64,000 bases of DNA from assembly GCA_947627815.1 (NCBI GenBank), contig CANQXN010000002.1:280-64279 (forward strand), in the 5' to 3' direction. This document shows, piece after piece, positions 58,626 through 64,000 of the stretch; position 1 is the first letter of the stretch; each line of letters opens with the position of its first letter. The stretch comes from an uncultured Clostridia bacterium. Its GTDB lineage: Bacteria; Bacillota; Clostridia; Oscillospirales; CAG-272. A model generated the notes under the pieces. That model did no database searches and had not been told where the DNA came from. It saw only the letters and a list, made by a program, of their open reading frames with translations. Both the position numbers and the translations under genes were made by a program.

Positions 58626-60023
58626 CTATGGGGTATCGGAAGGCCTTTGACGCTGTGAGAGGCCTTTTTTTCGCGGCGTGCGGGCGGCGGCAAGATGTTT
58701 TTGCGTTTCCTCTTTGATCTCGTCTGCGCTGGCAATGACTTTGGAAGTGTTGATAAACGTCATGATGGCGCAGGTGATGTCGGAAAGTGTCCAAAACAGA
58801 GCGGGAGCGCCCAAAGCTCCGATCAGCGATGTCAGAGAGAAAAGAAAACAGTAAAGTATGGGCGCGTAACGGCGGGAGGTCAAAAACCGGAGTGCGGCTT
58901 TCCCGTAAAAGGACCAGCCGATCAGCGTGGCAATGACGAACAAAAAAATAGAGACGGCCAAAAGATATCCGGCCGCTTGACCGAAAGTTTCGCGAAACGC
59001 GGCGTGAACCAGCGCCATGCCGTCAAGGTCAGGATACCGATCCATGACAAGCAGAACGACAAAGGCTGTCAAAGAGCAGAGAATAACCGTATCAAAAAAT
59101 ACTTCAATGATGCCGAGAAATCCTTGTCGGACAGGATCGTTGGTGCGGGCGGCGGCATGAGCGATCGGCGCGGTTCCGCAGCCGGCTTCGTTGGTGATGA
59201 GGCCGCGTGAAAATCCGACGCGGAGAGAACGGAGAAAAAGGGAAGCGCCGATGCCGCCGGCGGCCGCCTTCCATGCAAAGGCTTCACGGAAGATCCGCGA
59301 GAAAACCCCGGGGAGCGCGGAAGCGTTTTTTACCATGATCCAGGATGACATCAGAATATAGAGCAGGGAAATCAGCGGAATGACCCATGCGCAAAATGAA
59401 GAAACGAAGACCGCGCCTTTGGTGATGATGAAAAAAGTGAGGATTGCCAACAGAATACCGGTAACCAAGTGCGGCATACCGAAAACCTCCGCAAAGGAAG
59501 AGGACACCGCGTTGATCTGAATCAGATTGCCGACCGTAAAGGAAGACAGAAGACAAATGACGGCGAAAAGGCAGGCAATTTTATTGTTTTTGATAAAGTA
59601 CATTGCACCGCCAGAAAGCTCTTCGTCAGCGGATAAGATATCATCTTTGCCTTGAAAGTCACGAACATACCGTGGAGACACTACTTTCCTGTGCCGTAAC
59701 GCCAATACCGTTTCCGCATATTTTATGGTCATGGCAAAAATAGCGCTGACCCACATCCAGAAAATCGCCCCGGCTCCGCCGGCACGAATCGCCGTCGCCA
59801 CGCCTACAATATTGCCAACGCCGAGTGTGCCTGCTAAGGCAAGGCAGAGCGCTTTTCGTGGGGAAACCCCTCCTGGTTTTGCTTTTTCGATGAGCGTTTG
59901 AAAAATGGCTTTCCCTTGGGTGAAAGGGAGAAATCCTAATTTGATATTCAGATATAAGCCTGCCGCGATCAGGAAAAGCGGCAGGGCCGGACCGATAAGA
60001 TAAGTAGAAATAAAGGAAGCCAT
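58626..60023 (-). CDS. Alanine/glycine:cation symporter (AGCS family)
   Basis: SPRKALCLALAGTLGVGNIVGVATAIRAGGAGAIFWMWVSAIFAMTIKYAE, with about 11 TM segments. Confidence 0.85.
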   Translation of the reverse strand: MASFISTYLIGPALPLFLIAAGLYLNIKLGFLPFTQGKAIFQTLIEKAKPGGVSPRKALCLALAGTLGVGNIVGVATAIRAGGAGAIFWMWVSAIFAMTIKYAETVLALRHRKVVSPRYVRDFQGKDDILSADEELSGGAMYFIKNNKIACLFAVICLLSSFTVGNLIQINAVSSSFAEVFGMPHLVTGILLAILTFFIITKGAVFVSSFCAWVIPLISLLYILMSSWIMVKNASALPGVFSRIFREAFAWKAAAGGIGASLFLRSLRVGFSRGLITNEAGCGTAPIAHAAARTNDPVRQGFLGIIEVFFDTVILCSLTAFVVLLVMDRYPDLDGMALVHAAFRETFGQAAGYLLAVSIFLFVIATLIGWSFYGKAALRFLTSRRYAPILYCFLFSLTSLIGALGAPALFWTLSDITCAIMTFINTSKVIASADEIKEETQKHLAAARTPRKKGLSQRQRPSDTP

Positions 60024-60092
60024 CGTAAGACCTCAATCGGTATTTTTTTCAATTTATGTTTTCTTTTTGACGGCTATGCAAGGAGTAATATG

Positions 60093-60112
60093 GGATAAAT
60101 TTGGATAAATTG
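60093..60112. repeat. Tandem 10-bp direct repeat in the groES / symporter divergent intergenic region
   Basis: GGATAAATTT followed by GGATAAATTG. Confidence 0.6.
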
Positions 60113-60173
60113 TTAATTTTTTTTAAAACTCGCGCCAAAAATATTGCTATCGGTTTTAAACTGTATAAAATAG

Positions 60174-60566
<393 letters not shown>

Positions 60567-60601
60567 ACCATCGGAGAAAATTCCCCGATACTCCGGATTA
60601 G

Positions 60602-62266
<1,665 letters not shown>

Positions 62267-62289
62267 TCTCTTAGATTTTGGGACAAAGC

Positions 62290-62330
62290 AAAAGTTCCTC
62301 CCTGTGAACTTCACAGGGAGGAACTTTTTC
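62290..62330. terminator. Bidirectional terminator between groEL and the response regulator gene
   Basis: AAAA-GTTCCTCCCTGTGA-ACT-TCACAGGGAGGAAC-TTTTT. Confidence 0.85.
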
Positions 62331-62370
62331 ATGTTTGACAGGGCAGAGCAAGCAACGGCTGGAAGAGATG

Positions 62371-63060
62371 TTACTGCAAAAGCTCAAATTTATATCCGAT
62401 GCCCCAAACGGTTTTCAATACCCACTTGTCAGAGACGCCGGCCAACTTTTCGCGCAGGCGTTTGACATGAACATCTACCGTTCGTGAATCACCCAGATAA
62501 TCAAAACTCCACACTTTATCTAAAAGTTGATCTCTTGTAAAAACGCGGTTATAATTGGACGCCAGAAAATAGAGAAGCTCCAGCTCTTTTGGCGGAACAT
62601 CTACGCTTTTTCCGTTGAGTTTCAATTCATATTTTTGACGGCTGATCTCAATGTTGTCAAATTTGACCACTTCGCTGTCGCTTGGCGTTTCGTGAATCGA
62701 GCAACGACGCAAAACCGCTTTAATGCGTGCCATCAATTCTTTGATTTCAAAAGGTTTGACAACAAAATCATCCGCTCCGAGTTCAAGGCTCAATACTTTA
62801 TCAAAAGTCTCGCCTTTGGCTGTAATCATAATAATAGGTTTAAACGAGATTTCGCGGATCTCGCGGCAAACCTGCCAACCGTCTTTTCGCGGCAGCATGA
62901 TATCTAAAAGAACCAGATCAGGCTCATACATTTTAAAATAGTTGATACCTTCCACGCCGTCAGAGGCAACTTTTACTTCGTAGCCATCTTTTTCCAAATG
63001 CGTAGAGAGCATCTCGCTGATATTGGAATCGTCATCAATAATAAGTATTTTGGCTCCCAC
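62371..63060 (-). CDS. OmpR/PhoB-family response regulator (orphan, with no adjacent histidine kinase)
   Basis: A receiver domain (ILIIDDD...LLDIMLP...K) plus a winged helix (TVWGIGYKF). GTG start. Confidence 0.9.
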   Translation of the reverse strand: MGAKILIIDDDSNISEMLSTHLEKDGYEVKVASDGVEGINYFKMYEPDLVLLDIMLPRKDGWQVCREIREISFKPIIMITAKGETFDKVLSLELGADDFVVKPFEIKELMARIKAVLRRCSIHETPSDSEVVKFDNIEISRQKYELKLNGKSVDVPPKELELLYFLASNYNRVFTRDQLLDKVWSFDYLGDSRTVDVHVKRLREKLAGVSDKWVLKTVWGIGYKFELLQ

Positions 63061-63130
63061 GGTTCGATCTCCTTTGCATAGCAGTCACCGAAAAAGAAGA
63101 AAAACCATATTTCTTCAATTTTATGTTTCC

Positions 63131-63159
63131 ATTATATAGCTGAATTTTTAAATTGTCAA
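63131..63159 (-). promoter_or_regulatory. Consensus promoter for the response regulator gene
   Basis: On the minus strand: TTGACA, a 17-nt spacer, then TATAAT (both hexamers perfect). Confidence 0.6.
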
Positions 63160-63243
63160 GAGCAAATTGTTAACTTTGTAAAAAAAAAAGCAAAGTTCAT
63201 AATTTCGTCGATTTATTGAGCCGGAGTTTTCAACTAAAACCTC

Positions 63244-63272
63244 TTGCAATCTTTTGTGTTTTCATGTATAAT
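63244..63272 (+). promoter_or_regulatory. Candidate ychF promoter
   Basis: TTGCAA, a 17-nt spacer, then TATAAT. Confidence 0.55.
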
Positions 63273-63314
63273 ACAAAAAATGCTTTTTATTTTTGAGCAG
63301 AAAGGCAAAATTTT

Positions 63315-64000
63315 ATGAAACTTGGCATTGTGGGGCTGCCGAATGTTGGGAAAAGCACATTATTCAATGCATTAACCAACGCGGGCGCCGCCTCTGAAAA
63401 CTATCCCTTTTGTACGATCGAACCCAATATCGGCGTTGTTTCTGTGCCGGATGCACGCTTGGATCGTCTGGCTGAAATGTATCATCCGGAAAAATATACA
63501 CCTGCCATTATTGAATTTGTGGATATTGCCGGCTTAGTCAAAGGCGCTTCCAAAGGGGAAGGTCTTGGCAATAAATTTCTCGGACATATTCGCGCTGTAG
63601 ATGCCATTGTTCATGTGGTGCGTTGCTTTGAAAACGAGAATATTATTCATGTAGACGGCTCTGTCGATCCTGTCAGAGATGCCGAAACCATCAATCTGGA
63701 ACTGATCTTTGCCGATCTTGAATCGATTGAGCGTCGGCTGGACAAAACGCGGAAGGCGATGAAAGGCGACAAGACGCTGGCGGCGGAGGCCGCCCTGCTG
63801 GAAAAAGTGCAAGCGGCTTTGATGGACGGAAAAAGTGCGCGGACGGTGGTGCCGGCTACGCCGGAAGAGGCCTCCTTCTTAGCCTCGTTGGAATTACTTA
63901 CCGGAAAACCGGTGCTTTATGTGGCAAATATCAACGAGGAAATGGTGGCTTCCCCTGAAGACAATGAACACTATCGCCGCCTGAAAGCTTTTGCGGAAAG
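63315..64000 (+). CDS. ychF: Ribosome-binding ATPase YchF, 3' end beyond the window
   Basis: [22 protein letters not shown]...[22 protein letters not shown]. Absent from the ORF track because there is no stop in the window. Confidence 0.9.
   Translation, partial: MKLGIVGLPNVGKSTLFNALTNAGAASENYPFCTIEPNIGVVSVPDARLDRLAEMYHPEKYTPAIIEFVDIAGLVKGASKGEGLGNKFLGHIRAVDAIVHVVRCFENENIIHVDGSVDPVRDAETINLELIFADLESIERRLDKTRKAMKGDKTLAAEAALLEKVQAALMDGKSARTVVPATPEEASFLASLELLTGKPVLYVANINEEMVASPEDNEHYRRLKAFAE

Overview
This 64-kb window is a chromosomal segment from a Gram-positive, Clostridia-like organism. That placement is an inference from GGAGG-type ribosome binding sites, the Bacillus-type gene order yggS-sepF-yggT-divIVA-ileS-lspA-rluD, adhE, and BspA-type LRR proteins. 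Most of the window is housekeeping: yloV, queA, miaA, the distal cell-division cluster, ileS, lspA, rluD, tatD, rpsT, rpoB-rpoC, adhE, trxA, hom, groES-groEL, ychF (cut by the right edge) and a single tRNA-Gln. Accessory content is interleaved with these genes:
- A giant cyclic beta-1,2-glucan-synthase-like gene at the left edge, missing from the supplied ORF track because it has no in-window stop.
- A MarR regulator beside two divergent cytoplasmic glycosidases (GH2 and DUF4965/glutaminase-A-like).
- A serpin lipoprotein.
- Two BspA-type LRR proteins, one a 1161-aa mosaic lipoprotein.
- A translationally coupled pair of MacB-type fused ABC ATPase-FtsX permeases.
- A rhaBAD operon whose kinase gene carries a 1-nt frameshift.
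- A GH38 alpha-mannosidase, an atypical APH-fold kinase next to hom, and an orphan OmpR-type response regulator.
I found no CRISPR array, rRNA, transposase, integrase, phage genes or recognisable defence system. No stretch convincingly encodes a new system. The best candidates for follow-up are the Cgs-like gene and the 40-49 kb envelope block (mosaic LRR lipoprotein, thioredoxin, twin MacB-like transporters). All calls come from reading translations and motifs by eye, and family assignments rest on remembered motifs, not searches.
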